Assembly (NCBI GenBank): GCA_038852285.1
Contig: JAWCKG010000005.1
Coordinates: 16,812 to 80,811 of the forward strand
Reading direction: 5' to 3'
Length of the DNA stretch: 64,000 nt
Source of the DNA: Candidatus Bathyarchaeia archaeon
GTDB lineage: Archaea; Thermoproteota; Bathyarchaeia; 40CM-2-53-6; DTGE01
The stretch's first letter is position 1. The number at the start of each line of letters is the position of its first letter. Under the pieces are notes generated by a model. The model was not told where the DNA came from. It saw only the letters and a list, made by a program, of their open reading frames with translations, and did not search any database. Shown in pieces: positions 40,693 through 51,214 of the stretch. The translations under genes were made by a program, and so were the position numbers.

Positions 40693-42222
40693 TTAACCCT
40701 CTAGGTATTGAGCCACCTTCTTTCTAAGGGTTTCCCTATATTTCCTTAGGTTTTTACTCAAACTTTGATGAGCTGCCTCGAATTTAGACATGGTTTCTCT
40801 GAGGTTTTTCAGCGACCTACGCACTTCCATAGGCGCTGATGATCCCCCAGAGCGGCGGTGACTTACACATATGGACGGGTCTATGGCCGATTCCAGCTCT
40901 TTGGAAGACATGTGAATCATCCGTCCTAAAACTTCCTGGGAAGCCTTCTCCAAGTCTTCGGGTTTAACGTCTCTTATTCCCTTACCCGAGTTGGCCAGCT
41001 TCATAACCATCCTTCCCACTATCATGTGGGATTCTCTGAAGGATATTCCATGCCGCATAGTTAACGCTTCAGCCAAGTCTACCGCTGTGGAAAACCCCTT
41101 CTCCACCGCTTCTCTTAGACGATCCCGGTTTATCTTCAAGGTGCTGAACACGCCTTGAAGAACCTTCAAGGATGACTTTGCCGCTTCGAAGCTCACTTTA
41201 ACCGGGATTTTCGATTCCTGAAGGTCCCTGTTGTAGCCTGAGGGCGTCCCCTTTATCTGAGTCAGGAGGTTAATTAACGCTGAATATACGGTTCCAGCCC
41301 TTCCCCTCATCAACTCTAGGGGACAAGGGTTCTTTTTATGAGGCATTACGCTGGATGTAGAAGCGTATTCATCTGCGAGCTCCACATAGCCGTACTCCCA
41401 TGTCGACCATAGTATCAGGTCTTCCGCCATTCTGGAAAGGTCAGCCATCAGGTTCGCCAGACATGCCACAGCTTCCACAGCGAAGTCTCTGCTTGAAACC
41501 GCGTCCAACGAGTTTTCAACCAAACCGTCAAACCCAAGAAGCTTCATGGTTTTAGCCCTATCGATGGGGAAGCTTGTTCCCCCCACGGCGCATGCTCCAA
41601 GGGGAGACATGTTCACCCGCTTATAGCAGTCTAGAAGCCTCTCACAGCTCCGGCCAAGGACCTCCATATAGTACGCGTAGTAATGCGCTAGAACTCCTGC
41701 CTGCGCGTGCTGTGTATGCGTGTACAACGGCGCCAGGGTGTTGATTTCCTCCAAAGCCCTCGAGTGTAGCGTCCTCATTAAATCGAGGATCAAACCTATC
41801 GTTTCGACTATCTCAACCCTCAACTTCATCCTTAGGTCTAAGGCTACCTGATCATTTCTTGAGCGGGCAGTATGCATCCTCCCCCCCTTTTCAATTCCTA
41901 TGAGAGAGATCACTTGGCTTTCAACGTACTCGTGGATGTCCTCAAACCCGCCTTCCAAAACGGGGTTAGGTTCAAGCAGATTGGCTCTAACCTTCTCCAG
42001 GGCCCATAAAATCGCCTTCAACTCCAGCTTCGTGATGATGCCCTGCTCAGACAACATGATGTCATGAGCTTCTGTGCCGTCAATGTCCTCCATCGCCAAC
42101 CATAAGTCATCTTGGAGAGAGGAAACAAACTTCGCTGTTTCCACCCCATAACCCTTTGTGAGCCTCGACCGATAGACCCCTTCGTAAACCAAGCTGCCAA
42201 ACACCCTAACTTTAATGCTCAA
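40693..42222 (-). CDS. argH: Argininosuccinate lyase (fumarate-lyase family)
   Basis: Fumarate-lyase signature GTSSVMPHKKNP and the ArgH-like ENSLDAVSSRDF motif. Confidence 0.8.
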   Translation of the reverse strand: MSIKVRVFGSLVYEGVYRSRLTKGYGVETAKFVSSLQDDLWLAMEDIDGTEAHDIMLSEQGIITKLELKAILWALEKVRANLLEPNPVLEGGFEDIHEYVESQVISLIGIEKGGRMHTARSRNDQVALDLRMKLRVEIVETIGLILDLMRTLHSRALEEINTLAPLYTHTQHAQAGVLAHYYAYYMEVLGRSCERLLDCYKRVNMSPLGACAVGGTSFPIDRAKTMKLLGFDGLVENSLDAVSSRDFAVEAVACLANLMADLSRMAEDLILWSTWEYGYVELADEYASTSSVMPHKKNPCPLELMRGRAGTVYSALINLLTQIKGTPSGYNRDLQESKIPVKVSFEAAKSSLKVLQGVFSTLKINRDRLREAVEKGFSTAVDLAEALTMRHGISFRESHMIVGRMVMKLANSGKGIRDVKPEDLEKASQEVLGRMIHMSSKELESAIDPSICVSHRRSGGSSAPMEVRRSLKNLRETMSKFEAAHQSLSKNLRKYRETLRKKVAQYLEG

Positions 42223-42438
42223 GAAATCGTTATTAATGTTGACCCTGCCTTAATCGAACCGACCTCACGAGCCTTTGGCTTCACCGTTGACTTCTAATGG
42301 ATTAATACGCAGTGAAAAACAGGGGATAAAATTGTAGGCGAGAGCTACTATCCGGAGAGCGTTGCCTCCTCTTGAGGGGTTTCGGAGCCTTTTTTGGCAT
42401 CCTCAAATAAGGTAGAGAGTCATGTGAAAATTATACTT

Positions 42439-42948
42439 TTAATGAGTGTTAGTAGCCTTTGACTCCAGGGCTTCCCTAAGCTCCATAAGACGTTCACCCA
42501 TCTTCCTCCAGTCGAAGCTAAGCATTCGCAGCCTGAGACTGCAGACTCGAAGCTCCTTACTTAACTCCTCCACGAATATGCCGTGGTTTCCGTCGACGTT
42601 GCATGTTGGACTTCCCGTCCTCCCGATAAACCCTACAACCTCGTATCCTTTGCTTTTATACTCTTTAATCTGCTGGACCGCTTTAACCGCTAACGCATGG
42701 CAGTGACGGCGGAATCCTTCGTTGTCGTAGAATTTTCTATCCCGCGCCTTTCTATCCAACCCGTACATTTCCTGTTCAGGGCAAGGAAGTTGAATGACGC
42801 CGATTTGATGGGCTTGGATTAAATCCATTATTTCATTTACAATGGCTGGGTAATGGCTTGGACTGCTTGACCCCTCGCAGACGGCGTTCATATTCAATAT
42901 ACAATGGGAGAGAAGTATGACCTTGCCGCTCCTTCCATCTTGGATCAT
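42439..42948 (-). CDS. DUF523-family protein (TudS-like, putative 4Fe-4S)
   Basis: ILLSHCILN...LPCPE pattern resembling DUF523. Translationally coupled to the upstream radical SAM gene. Confidence 0.5.
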   Translation of the reverse strand: MIQDGRSGKVILLSHCILNMNAVCEGSSSPSHYPAIVNEIMDLIQAHQIGVIQLPCPEQEMYGLDRKARDRKFYDNEGFRRHCHALAVKAVQQIKEYKSKGYEVVGFIGRTGSPTCNVDGNHGIFVEELSKELRVCSLRLRMLSFDWRKMGERLMELREALESKATNTH

Positions 42949-42951
42949 GCT

Positions 42952-43950
42952 TCACCACAACGCGGTTGAAATCTTCACAGGACCTATTAGCGGTATTCTG
43001 CACCCGCATCGGGGACATCTATTCCCGCTCAACCTGTTTTTCAGGACCGTAAAGCCTTGCCTCGCTATCAGGAGGCCACCGCATTCCGGGCAATACGTGT
43101 TTTCGTATCGATGGCCTGGAACGTTTCCTAAATAAACGTATTTCAACCCATGTCTGTAGGCCGCTTCCACAGCTCTTTCAAGCGTTTTTACTGGGGTGCT
43201 CGGCCTATCCGTCATTTGGTACTCTGGGTGAAAACGAGTAAAGTGTAAGGGAATTTCTTCATCCATTTCACTGAGCCTTGAACAAACCTCCTCTACGGTG
43301 GCTTGATTGTCGTTTACCCCTGGAATTATGAGGCATACCACCTCCACATGGAGCCCTAGACTTCGGGCTAGGTTTATGTTTCTCCAAACCTTTTCAACAT
43401 CCGCTCCACAATACTTCCTCACGGCTTCGCATCCACCTTTCAAGTCGATTTTAACAGCGTCTAATCCAGCGTCTTTAAGCATCTTTAAGGCTTCTGGGGT
43501 CATGTACCCATTAGAAACATACGTGTTGTAAAGTCCCCGACTCTTGGCTAGGTGGAAAAGATCTAGGCTGTATTCAAGTTGAAGAGTTGGCTCATTAAAG
43601 GAGACAGAGGTCCCGTCGCAACCCCCCTCTAACGCCCTTTCAACCAGCGTCCATGGATTCACATAGTTCCCATCGTTTAAGCTTGGAGGCGTTTTGCTGA
43701 TTTCATGGTTTTGACACCAGGGACAAGTGAAGTTACAACCCCAACTGCCGATCGTCAAGGCGAGGCTACCAGGCTTATAGTGGAAGAAAGGCTTTTTCTC
43801 GATAGGGTTAATGGAAACGCTGGATAGATCACCGTAAATCACCGTGTACAAGCATCCCTTAATGTTCTTCCTCGTTTTGCAGAATCCCCATCCGTCCTCC
43901 TTTACGATACATCGCCTCTCGCATGTAAAGCATTGAGCCCTACCGTTCAC
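42952..43950 (-). CDS. Radical SAM enzyme of the AmmeMemoRadiSam type
   Basis: N-terminal QCFTCERRC...GFCKTRKN zinc-ribbon-like region and the CNFTCPWCQNHEIS (Cx3Cx2C-QNxEIS) motif diagnostic for this subfamily. Confidence 0.75.
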   Translation of the reverse strand: MNGRAQCFTCERRCIVKEDGWGFCKTRKNIKGCLYTVIYGDLSSVSINPIEKKPFFHYKPGSLALTIGSWGCNFTCPWCQNHEISKTPPSLNDGNYVNPWTLVERALEGGCDGTSVSFNEPTLQLEYSLDLFHLAKSRGLYNTYVSNGYMTPEALKMLKDAGLDAVKIDLKGGCEAVRKYCGADVEKVWRNINLARSLGLHVEVVCLIIPGVNDNQATVEEVCSRLSEMDEEIPLHFTRFHPEYQMTDRPSTPVKTLERAVEAAYRHGLKYVYLGNVPGHRYENTYCPECGGLLIARQGFTVLKNRLSGNRCPRCGCRIPLIGPVKISTALW

Positions 43951-44093
43951 TAAGCTTTCATATAACCTAGCTTCCCGAACAACCCGTAAACTCGTAATTT
44001 CGTGTAGAGAAGGCGACCGTGAAGTTATCCTTTAAATTTTAGCTCGACTCCTATAAAATCGTTTGTTAGAATTTACGGCCAGAGGCCCTTTAA

Positions 44094-45362
44094 ATGAAGG
44101 TCAAGTTAAGGTACGGTGAAAGGTTTCTGAACCTTGAGTTGAAAGATGAGAAGATAGTTTTCGACCTAGACATAGCTGACCACCCCTCGATTCAAAACAT
44201 GGAGGATCGACTTCGGCTCGAGCTGAAGAGGCCTCATTCCTCCCATCCCATCTCGTCGATCGCTGGAGCTGAGTCAAAAGTAGCCTTGCTCGTCGACGAC
44301 CTTACACGACCAACCCCCCAGAGTATCCTTCTCCCCATAATTCTAGGAGAGTTGGAAAAGGCTGGAGTTAAGAGTCATAACGTTAAGGTGATCGTCGCTT
44401 TGGGAACTCATAGACCTATGAGCAGTCAAGAGATCGAAGACAGGTTCGGAGAGGTGGCTGAGAAATATGAGGTTGTGAACCATGACCCCAAGGATTCGAA
44501 GGCGTTAACGAACATCGGTGCCACAGGTAAAGGCTTCCCGATCATGATTAACCGAGAATTATGGGAGGCGAACCTAACGATCGGTGTCGGTAACATCGTC
44601 CCCCATATGTACGCTGGGTGGGCTGGAGGGGGGAAAATCGTGCTTCCCGGGGTTTCTGGAGAGCAGACCACGGGTGGAATACACCTTCTTGGAGGAAGAA
44701 TTAGGCCGGCGTTCAAGTTTCTAGGCAGATTAGACCACGAAGTGAGAAGGTTAATAGACGAAGTCGCCTTAAAGTCAAGGTTAGGCTACATTGTTAACAC
44801 AGTGTTAAACAGAGATAGAAGGGTATGCGGTCTAACGGTGGGGCATCCTGTAGAGGCGTTCAAGAAAGGCGTTGCGTTCGCTGAGAAAATCTATAGGCAA
44901 ACCATTCCAGAGCCAGCCGACCTTGTCATCGTCTCCAGCTATCCTGCGGATGTCGATTACTGGCAAGCCATCAAAGGGGTTGTTTCAGCCAGCCTAGCGG
45001 TTAAGCCTGGAGGGGTTGTGTTATTGGTCACCCCCTGCCCTGAGGGAATTTCACCAACCCACAGAGCGATGAGGGAGTACGGATCCTACGGGTATGAGGA
45101 GTTAAATAAGATGGTGGAGGAAGGCGATATCGAAGACGCTGTGGCGGCTGGAACTCTCCTCTACCACGCCCAGCTTAGGGAGAAAGCCAGAATCATCATT
45201 TACTCGGACGGCTTAAAGGAGAAAGACGCTGAAGCCCTAGGCGTGGCCTACGCCGGCGACTTTGAGGAAGGCTTGAAGTTGGCTGAGGAATTCTTGGGAG
45301 AAAAAAAACCCAAAATCGGGTTGATACGTAATAGCGAGGTCCTTCCAACCCTTCCCATCTAA
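44094..45362 (+). CDS. LarA-like protein (nickel-pincer lactate racemase family, DUF2088)
   Basis: LVDDLTRPTP and ALGTHRP motifs characteristic of LarA. Confidence 0.7.
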   Translation: MKVKLRYGERFLNLELKDEKIVFDLDIADHPSIQNMEDRLRLELKRPHSSHPISSIAGAESKVALLVDDLTRPTPQSILLPIILGELEKAGVKSHNVKVIVALGTHRPMSSQEIEDRFGEVAEKYEVVNHDPKDSKALTNIGATGKGFPIMINRELWEANLTIGVGNIVPHMYAGWAGGGKIVLPGVSGEQTTGGIHLLGGRIRPAFKFLGRLDHEVRRLIDEVALKSRLGYIVNTVLNRDRRVCGLTVGHPVEAFKKGVAFAEKIYRQTIPEPADLVIVSSYPADVDYWQAIKGVVSASLAVKPGGVVLLVTPCPEGISPTHRAMREYGSYGYEELNKMVEEGDIEDAVAAGTLLYHAQLREKARIIIYSDGLKEKDAEALGVAYAGDFEEGLKLAEEFLGEKKPKIGLIRNSEVLPTLPI

Positions 45363-45390
45363 CCATCAATTCGATTCTTCAGGTTATCTG

Positions 45391-46572
45391 TCATCGATAC
45401 CCCCTTAACCCTGCTGCCAGCAAGATAAGAGCCGCCGAGAACATCGAAGTTAAGCTTAACATCAAAGTTGAGAAAGGCATAAGGACCGCCATAGAGCCGG
45501 CTATCGCCCTACCGATGGCCCCCCCTATGTCAGCTGAAGCCCACAGCGCCGCGATGGCCACGCTTAAATCCTCTGGGGGCTGGGTGTCGGTGAGCAGCGC
45601 TGAGGATGGTGGAACACGAATGCCCCAGGCGACACCGTATATCAGCATACCCAACGCTAAGTAGATGAAGCCGCGGGCCAGCGCCAGCGTGGTAAAGGCT
45701 AAGGCCGATAACGCGAAGCCGATCATCACAGGCTTCTTCCTACCAATTCTATCTGAGATCGAGCCTATCGGAATCCTCACCAAGGCGTTTAATCCTCCGA
45801 GTAGGGTGAATAGAACCGCGATGATGAATGGTGGCAAAAGCAGCTCGCGTGCCCCATATACGGGGAAGATGACTTGGAAAACTCCGTCGGCCACGAAGAA
45901 CATGACCGTGGCGAGGCAGAGAGTTGAAACTTCTCTGCGTTTAAGGATCTCAAAGAGGTGGAGCGCGGAGTCGAGTTTTGAGCCGTCTAAATTTCTCCAC
46001 CGGGTCTCCGTGGCCTTAAGCTCCCCGGAGGCTGCCAAAGCGGCGAGGGTGAGCAAACCTAAAGCTGGGAAAATTATGAGGGTGATGATAAGGGTTTTAA
46101 ACTCGAAGACTCTGAGGAGAACGCTTCCCAACGCTGGGCCGATGACCATGGCCATGCCGATGGAGAAGTAGTATCTACCTGAAACCATCCCTATCTTACC
46201 AGGAGGAGCTAGGTTAAGAGCCGTTGAGGCGATTATCGGACCGAAGGACGCGGAAGATAAACCGTACATAATGAGGATCGGCGCCAAGACGCGGGATGAT
46301 TTCGCTAGGTAGAGCAGTATGAAGGAGAGAATGTGGACAACGTAAGCGGATGATATGAACGGCCAGACTCTACGCTTCCTAGCCGCCACTCCGAAAGGAA
46401 CCTTCGTTAACAAGGTCGTCAGGGAGAGAGACCCCATGATCCATCCTACCTCCACTAATGAGGCCCCTAACTCCAAGGCGTACAGCGGGAATATTGGGGA
46501 AACAGCTTGCCAACCGACGAAGAAGGCGAATGACATCCATGTAATCACGTCTATACGTCTCCCCACGTCCAT
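45391..46572 (-). CDS. MFS transporter
   Basis: 12 predicted TM segments and MFS loop motifs (GSISDRIGRKK). Confidence 0.8.
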   Translation of the reverse strand: MDVGRRIDVITWMSFAFFVGWQAVSPIFPLYALELGASLVEVGWIMGSLSLTTLLTKVPFGVAARKRRVWPFISSAYVVHILSFILLYLAKSSRVLAPILIMYGLSSASFGPIIASTALNLAPPGKIGMVSGRYYFSIGMAMVIGPALGSVLLRVFEFKTLIITLIIFPALGLLTLAALAASGELKATETRWRNLDGSKLDSALHLFEILKRREVSTLCLATVMFFVADGVFQVIFPVYGARELLLPPFIIAVLFTLLGGLNALVRIPIGSISDRIGRKKPVMIGFALSALAFTTLALARGFIYLALGMLIYGVAWGIRVPPSSALLTDTQPPEDLSVAIAALWASADIGGAIGRAIAGSMAVLMPFSTLMLSLTSMFSAALILLAAGLRGYR

Positions 46573-46913
46573 CTTTCAACCCTCTTTTCACTCAGCATTA
46601 GCCTGAAGGGTTAAAGAGCCTTGAAGGCGTAAGCCACCAACGCTTCCCATCCTGATCAGATGACACTCCAACTACATCCTTCCTCGACTGGAAACCCCTA
46701 TGCCCGTCGGCAAGGTAGCCGTGATATTTCAACATATCTAATCCATTTAATAGGCGTATGGTTGAACCGGAAAATATAAGGCTCATGCTTCGATGATTCG
46801 CATCGACCTGGAATGATTCGACGTTGATGAGGGCTTGGTGGGTTTGCATTGAAGAAGTGGTTTAATAAGCCAGCTCATCGTTTAATGTTAGCTGTGAAAG
46901 GAGGGTTTAACAT

Positions 46914-47474
46914 ATGCCCATTATGCGAAGTAAGGATTGTGAGCTTGAAGGCTTGATGGACACCGCTAGACTCATGATGGTTGCGGCGAGAACTGCCCCT
47001 AAGTCCGGCGGCGTGGACGATGTGGAAACCGTCCTCCTCTACGGTGAAGAAAAAGATAAGTTGGCGGTTGAAATGGAGCGGATAGGGGAGGAGAGAAATA
47101 AACCTGGATTTCTCAGGGATGCGAAAAATGTGAGGGATTCAGACGTGGTGGTATTGATTGGAGTAGACGCTGCTAGAAGCTTCGGTTTAAACTGCGGGGC
47201 CTGCGGCTACACCACGTGTAAGGAGTTTGACGAAGCTGTTAGAAAAAGGGGTCTTGACTTCGAAGGCCCTTCATGCACATTTAAGGTACTAGATCTGGGA
47301 ATAGCTCTCGGCTCATCCGTTAAAACGGCAAGCCTTCTCGATGTTGATAACAGGATCATGTACCGAATCGCAGCGGCCGCTCATAGACTAGGGTTCCTAG
47401 AGAAATCCACATTATCCATGGGGATCCCCCTTTCAGCGAAGGGAAAAAACATATACTTTGACAGAAAAGCATAA
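46914..47474 (+). CDS. DUF2148-like ferredoxin-domain protein
   Basis: CGACGYTTC Cys cluster and conserved N-terminal ARTAPKSGG. Confidence 0.55.
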   Translation: MPIMRSKDCELEGLMDTARLMMVAARTAPKSGGVDDVETVLLYGEEKDKLAVEMERIGEERNKPGFLRDAKNVRDSDVVVLIGVDAARSFGLNCGACGYTTCKEFDEAVRKRGLDFEGPSCTFKVLDLGIALGSSVKTASLLDVDNRIMYRIAAAAHRLGFLEKSTLSMGIPLSAKGKNIYFDRKA

Positions 47475-47751
47475 ACAAATCCCTCCCATTTTTTAATGAT
47501 AAATTTACAGCCCATCAGAAATATTATGATCATTGGAACAGGCGTAGCAGTGTACATGGATTGAATGGTCTGGTTATGAGTGGTCTCAAATTTGTTGATT
47601 ATGAAAAATAAAACGGGTATTTTTCTAGATATTCGAGAGGAAGGTTATCATTATAATTACTGTCAGTTATTGGAAATAAAACTTGGGAAGAGATGGATGA
47701 TCTTAAATGTGGAATCGGTGCTTTATAATCGATGATTTTCAGTGTTTACGT

Positions 47752-47979
47752 CTACTTTGGCGCAGGGGCTTGTTCCCCCGGCTTTGGCTTCGCCTTTCTT
47801 ACTCTGCGTTTTCTCGGAACCGCGCGCCCCCTTCTCCTAGTGGGCTGGTTGATAATGGATAAGACTAGCTCTCGAATTTTTCCGCTCATATCACCTGGCA
47901 GCGCGTTTACGCCGTTCCTTAACTCCTCAGCTAGAGCCAGAAGCTTCGCGGCAGACCTAGTCCCTACTTTTCTCGACAT
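47752..47979 (-). CDS. Hypothetical small basic protein (75 aa), uncertain
   Basis: An amphipathic N-half and a very basic C-tail sit in a locally GC-richer patch. An overlapping plus-strand ORF makes the strand choice uncertain. Confidence 0.2.
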   Translation of the reverse strand: MSRKVGTRSAAKLLALAEELRNGVNALPGDMSGKIRELVLSIINQPTRRRGRAVPRKRRVRKAKPKPGEQAPAPK

Positions 47980-48931
47980 AAATCATCAAAATGTTTTATA
48001 TATTTGGTCTAATAAATAAAGCTTTCTCATCTTAAACAATGGAGTTCATGCTTCTCATAAAACTCGTTTTGTGTTAAGTACAAATTAAAGAAGGAATATG
48101 ATAGATACGTTGCAAATACATATGATTTGAGAAATACTGGTTAAAGAGGACCATTACCTTACTTGAAAAATAACGCTTTCATTAAACCTGAAAAGAATTA
48201 AAAATAGTAGTACATTTTAAGATAGTTTAGAGAAGTGTTAAATTCTGTTTCTGTTTAATAATTCATTCATCGGTTATAGACGTCTATGTCTTGAGGGACT
48301 AGTGTTATGTGGAATGATGCTAGGAGCGGTTTGAAAAATTTTTAGCTGACGATTCAAAGAACTATTCTAATCTGTAAAAGATGTGACTCAATTGTTTATT
48401 TGACGAAGTAAATTAGGTTTGCTTTCAACTACTAGGGCTATGCTGATTACACTCCACACCCTAGATCCGTTTCGCTCCGTCAGGCTAAACTGACTGGATT
48501 CTAATCTTCACAAGCTTCTATAGACTTCTTAAATATTGATTTAAGCCATCTAACCTTATCTTTAACCATTTTAAAATTTTAGTTAACACAGAGCCATACG
48601 TCGACATTGTGCTGATTTATATTAAATGCGACTTACATATCGACGCATGTCAAATTAATGTGATACGCAGAAAACCTGAAATTGACGTTATAAAAATTCA
48701 ATGACCAAAAATTAAGACGTTAATTAACATCCTCACGGGCTGGTGTGTATAGCTTTTCACAAACCTATTCCATCTTTTTCCAAGCCATAAGGATAGGGTG
48801 AGGGATTCAATGCGTCCCACACCTTTTCTATGAAGCTGATAAAACCATCTAAGAGAAGACTACGATTTAGAATGTTATAGACCTTAAGATTAAGAATTTA
48901 AATGGGAGGTGCGTGAAATCAATATGAATAT

Positions 48932-49035
48932 GCGGGGGTTGCCAAGTCAGGTCAAAGGCGCAGGGCTTAGGACCTACATCAACGTAGGAAACCCTGTCCC
49001 GAAGGGGTTCGTGGGTTCGAATCCCACCCCCCGCA
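48932..49035 (+). tRNA. tRNA-Leu(UAG) with a roughly 19-nt intron in the anticodon loop and a long variable arm. No encoded CCA.
   Basis: Acceptor GCGGGGG pairs with CCCCCGC. T-arm is GTGGG-TTCGAAT-CCCAC. Anticodon stem is CAGGG/CCCTG, loop CTTAGG with the intron at 48972..48990. Variable arm is TCCCGAAGGGGTTC. Confidence 0.8.
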
Positions 49036-49126
49036 CTTTTGCGTTTACTTTTATTATCGTATGGAGAATATGATAAAATATTGTTCCGGTAAGAAGTCAA
49101 ACTCCTCCTTTAATTGGTATCTAGCT

Positions 49127-49617
49127 TTATGCATCTCGCCCTAATGACTTCCTTTGGAACAAAATGCCTAAACATTCTATTAAAACTGAATCCACCATCA
49201 CTTCTAACTCTATGATGGCGATTCCTCCGTTTGGTTTCGACTTGTCTCTCAATTTTCTAAAATAGTATACCCGATTTGGCAAATGATGATTAACGTTTCG
49301 CATAAAGACTAAATCTAGGCTCCTTCTAGGTAGAGGTAACTCATCTTTCGAGATAAGGATCGTTTCAACGTTATCTAAGCTTTTTATTTGGCTTTATCCT
49401 TGATAAATTCTAGAAATCCGGGATCTGTGCCAACCGAAAACACTTGGCCTTTTCTCCCGACTGTATTTGTAAACCGTGTAGAATAATATCCGCCTCCAGC
49501 TTCAATGTCAGCCACTATTTGTACTGACTGCGATATGAGTGCTTCCAATATCTCATCAGGTTTGTTTTTGAGGTCAGACGCTTTCCTATTAAACATCTCT
49601 GCCTTAAGATTTCTCAT
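49127..49617 (-). pseudogene. Class I SAM-dependent methyltransferase disrupted by a frameshift
   Basis: The N-part (49384..49617) carries motif I VADIEAGGGYY and post-I VFSVGTDPG. The C-part continues in a -1/+1 frame down to the stop at 49127 (LDLVFMRNVNHHLPNRVYYFRKLRDKSKPNGGIAIIE, matching MTase motifs II-III). Confidence 0.6.
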
Positions 49618-49765
49618 TCTCTACATATCTCATCAACAATTCTGAATGTTCATAATTTTAAGTATTCATTGGAAACAAAAAAGGACTTTATCTTAACATC
49701 TTTGTTTGGGTAAAAACGAGAATTTAAACCATTTTAAAACCAAATAGCCTCTATTAGGAACAATT

Positions 49766-49948
49766 GTGTCTTTGCGCCTCAGCTTGTATAAGGCTCATAA
49801 GGCAGTTTTAGATGGAGAGCATGTTCAGCCCAAGTTCATCGATTCAGGCATATACGTCGTTGTAAAGCATCCAATGTACCTTGGAACCTTACTCTTTTGC
49901 CCATCATTTCTACTCATAAGCCTCCCGCTTCTTTCAACAGGCATCTGA
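49766..49948 (+). pseudogene. C-terminal fragment of an ICMT/phospholipid-methyltransferase-family membrane methyltransferase
   Basis: GIYVVVKHPMYLG matches the G-Y...RHP-Y-G motif of the ICMT family. There is no coding-like N-terminal region upstream. Confidence 0.4.
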
Positions 49949-50063
49949 GTCGTGTTCTTCACAACGCTCGAAAAGACTTAGCTGACATAATTAGAGGAAG
50001 TCTCTTTAAGTTAAAAGTACATCAAACATTATCCTATACAGTTATTTAGGCGGAAGAAGAAGG

Positions 50064-50498
50064 TTAGACCTTCTCTGCTTCTATCTGAGCAAGCTTATAT
50101 TTTGCTTTCAGAAGCTTCGAATAAAGGGCTGATACCTTGGCAGCGTTCTTGCTTAATAGGGCCTTAAGAAGGTCCCCTTCAATCTCGGCTACTTCTAACC
50201 GTTGATAATAGTCCAGTGTTTCTTTGAAGTGGGCTAATACGATTTTACCTGTCAGGATTGGATGATTGTTTGTGACGTTAGCCTCTGGAAAGCGCATCCC
50301 ATGCTCAAATTCGACTTCTAATCCAATCCGAAAATTCTCAACGGATATTTCCATGCCGCTTGTTTCAATTTCCGCCAAGATTTTCTTGGCCTCATCGATC
50401 GTAACCTCAGCCTTTTCCAGATAGGTCCAATCCCTAATTCCAAGTTTCTTGCAAACATTTTGAACTTCTTCAATTGAAACGTACTCTGGAAGCTTCAT
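50064..50498 (-). CDS. Hypothetical protein (144 aa) in the accessory region
   Basis: Clean ORF with normal composition. No recognised motif. Confidence 0.45.
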   Translation of the reverse strand: MKLPEYVSIEEVQNVCKKLGIRDWTYLEKAEVTIDEAKKILAEIETSGMEISVENFRIGLEVEFEHGMRFPEANVTNNHPILTGKIVLAHFKETLDYYQRLEVAEIEGDLLKALLSKNAAKVSALYSKLLKAKYKLAQIEAEKV

Positions 50499-50809
50499 AT
50501 AGTTTCACAACCCTACAGAAATAAACAGCGATGAAATAGGATTTATGCTTATCGACCTCAAGGTACATATAATCGTAGGATCATTTTCTCAGACTACGAG
50601 GCCTAAAACTTTTCTTCTTCTGGAAATCTTCCGTTGACGTCTATTTAATTAACCATTCGTCAAATGTATTAAAATTTTAATGTGTTAGGGTTTCTTGAAT
50701 CGCGATTCCTATGAAATTTCGGGCGAATAGATTGGGGCATGGAACCCAACATCGCCATCGATTAGGTTGAAGAAAAGGTTATTATATTGGGGGTCTAAGG
50801 TTAAGCTCG

Positions 50810-51214
50810 GTGACCGGAATGGTTGAGGAGAAGCCCACAACCGCTTATATACTCTCCTTGATAGGGGGAGTCATGATCTTGGTAGGTGGCTTAAGCACAG
50901 TTGCCGTGATGGGAATGTGGCGGTGGGGCATGATGCATGGATGGAACCTCAGGTTTGCTCCAACAGTGATCGATAGATGGACTTTCATACCGATGATGTT
51001 CACCATCTTAGGTTTGTTCGGAGCGATCTGCGGCATCATAGTCATCGTGGGATCTCATATGCTTAAATCACGTCCTGAGGAGCATTTCAAATGGGGGACA
51101 ATGATCCTTATATTCTCGGTGCTGAGCATCTTTGGAGGGGTGGGTGGTTTTGTAGTTGGGCTAATCCTAGGAGTTGTAGGGGGAGCATTGGCTATTTCTT
51201 GGAAGCCAAGGTAA
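50810..51214 (+). CDS. Small membrane protein (4 TM, glycine-rich)
   Basis: Hydrophobic helices with GGxGG patches. Confidence 0.5.
   Translation: MTGMVEEKPTTAYILSLIGGVMILVGGLSTVAVMGMWRWGMMHGWNLRFAPTVIDRWTFIPMMFTILGLFGAICGIIVIVGSHMLKSRPEEHFKWGTMILIFSVLSIFGGVGGFVVGLILGVVGGALAISWKPR

Noticed and set aside
47732-48019. 95-aa plus-strand ORF
   Set aside because: Hydrophobic low-complexity translation that overlaps the equally uncertain minus-strand basic mini-ORF. Neither is supported by motifs, and only the minus version is listed, at low confidence.
48867-49100. 77-aa minus-strand ORF
   Set aside because: It completely overlaps the well-folded tRNA-Leu gene on the opposite strand, so it is treated as spurious.
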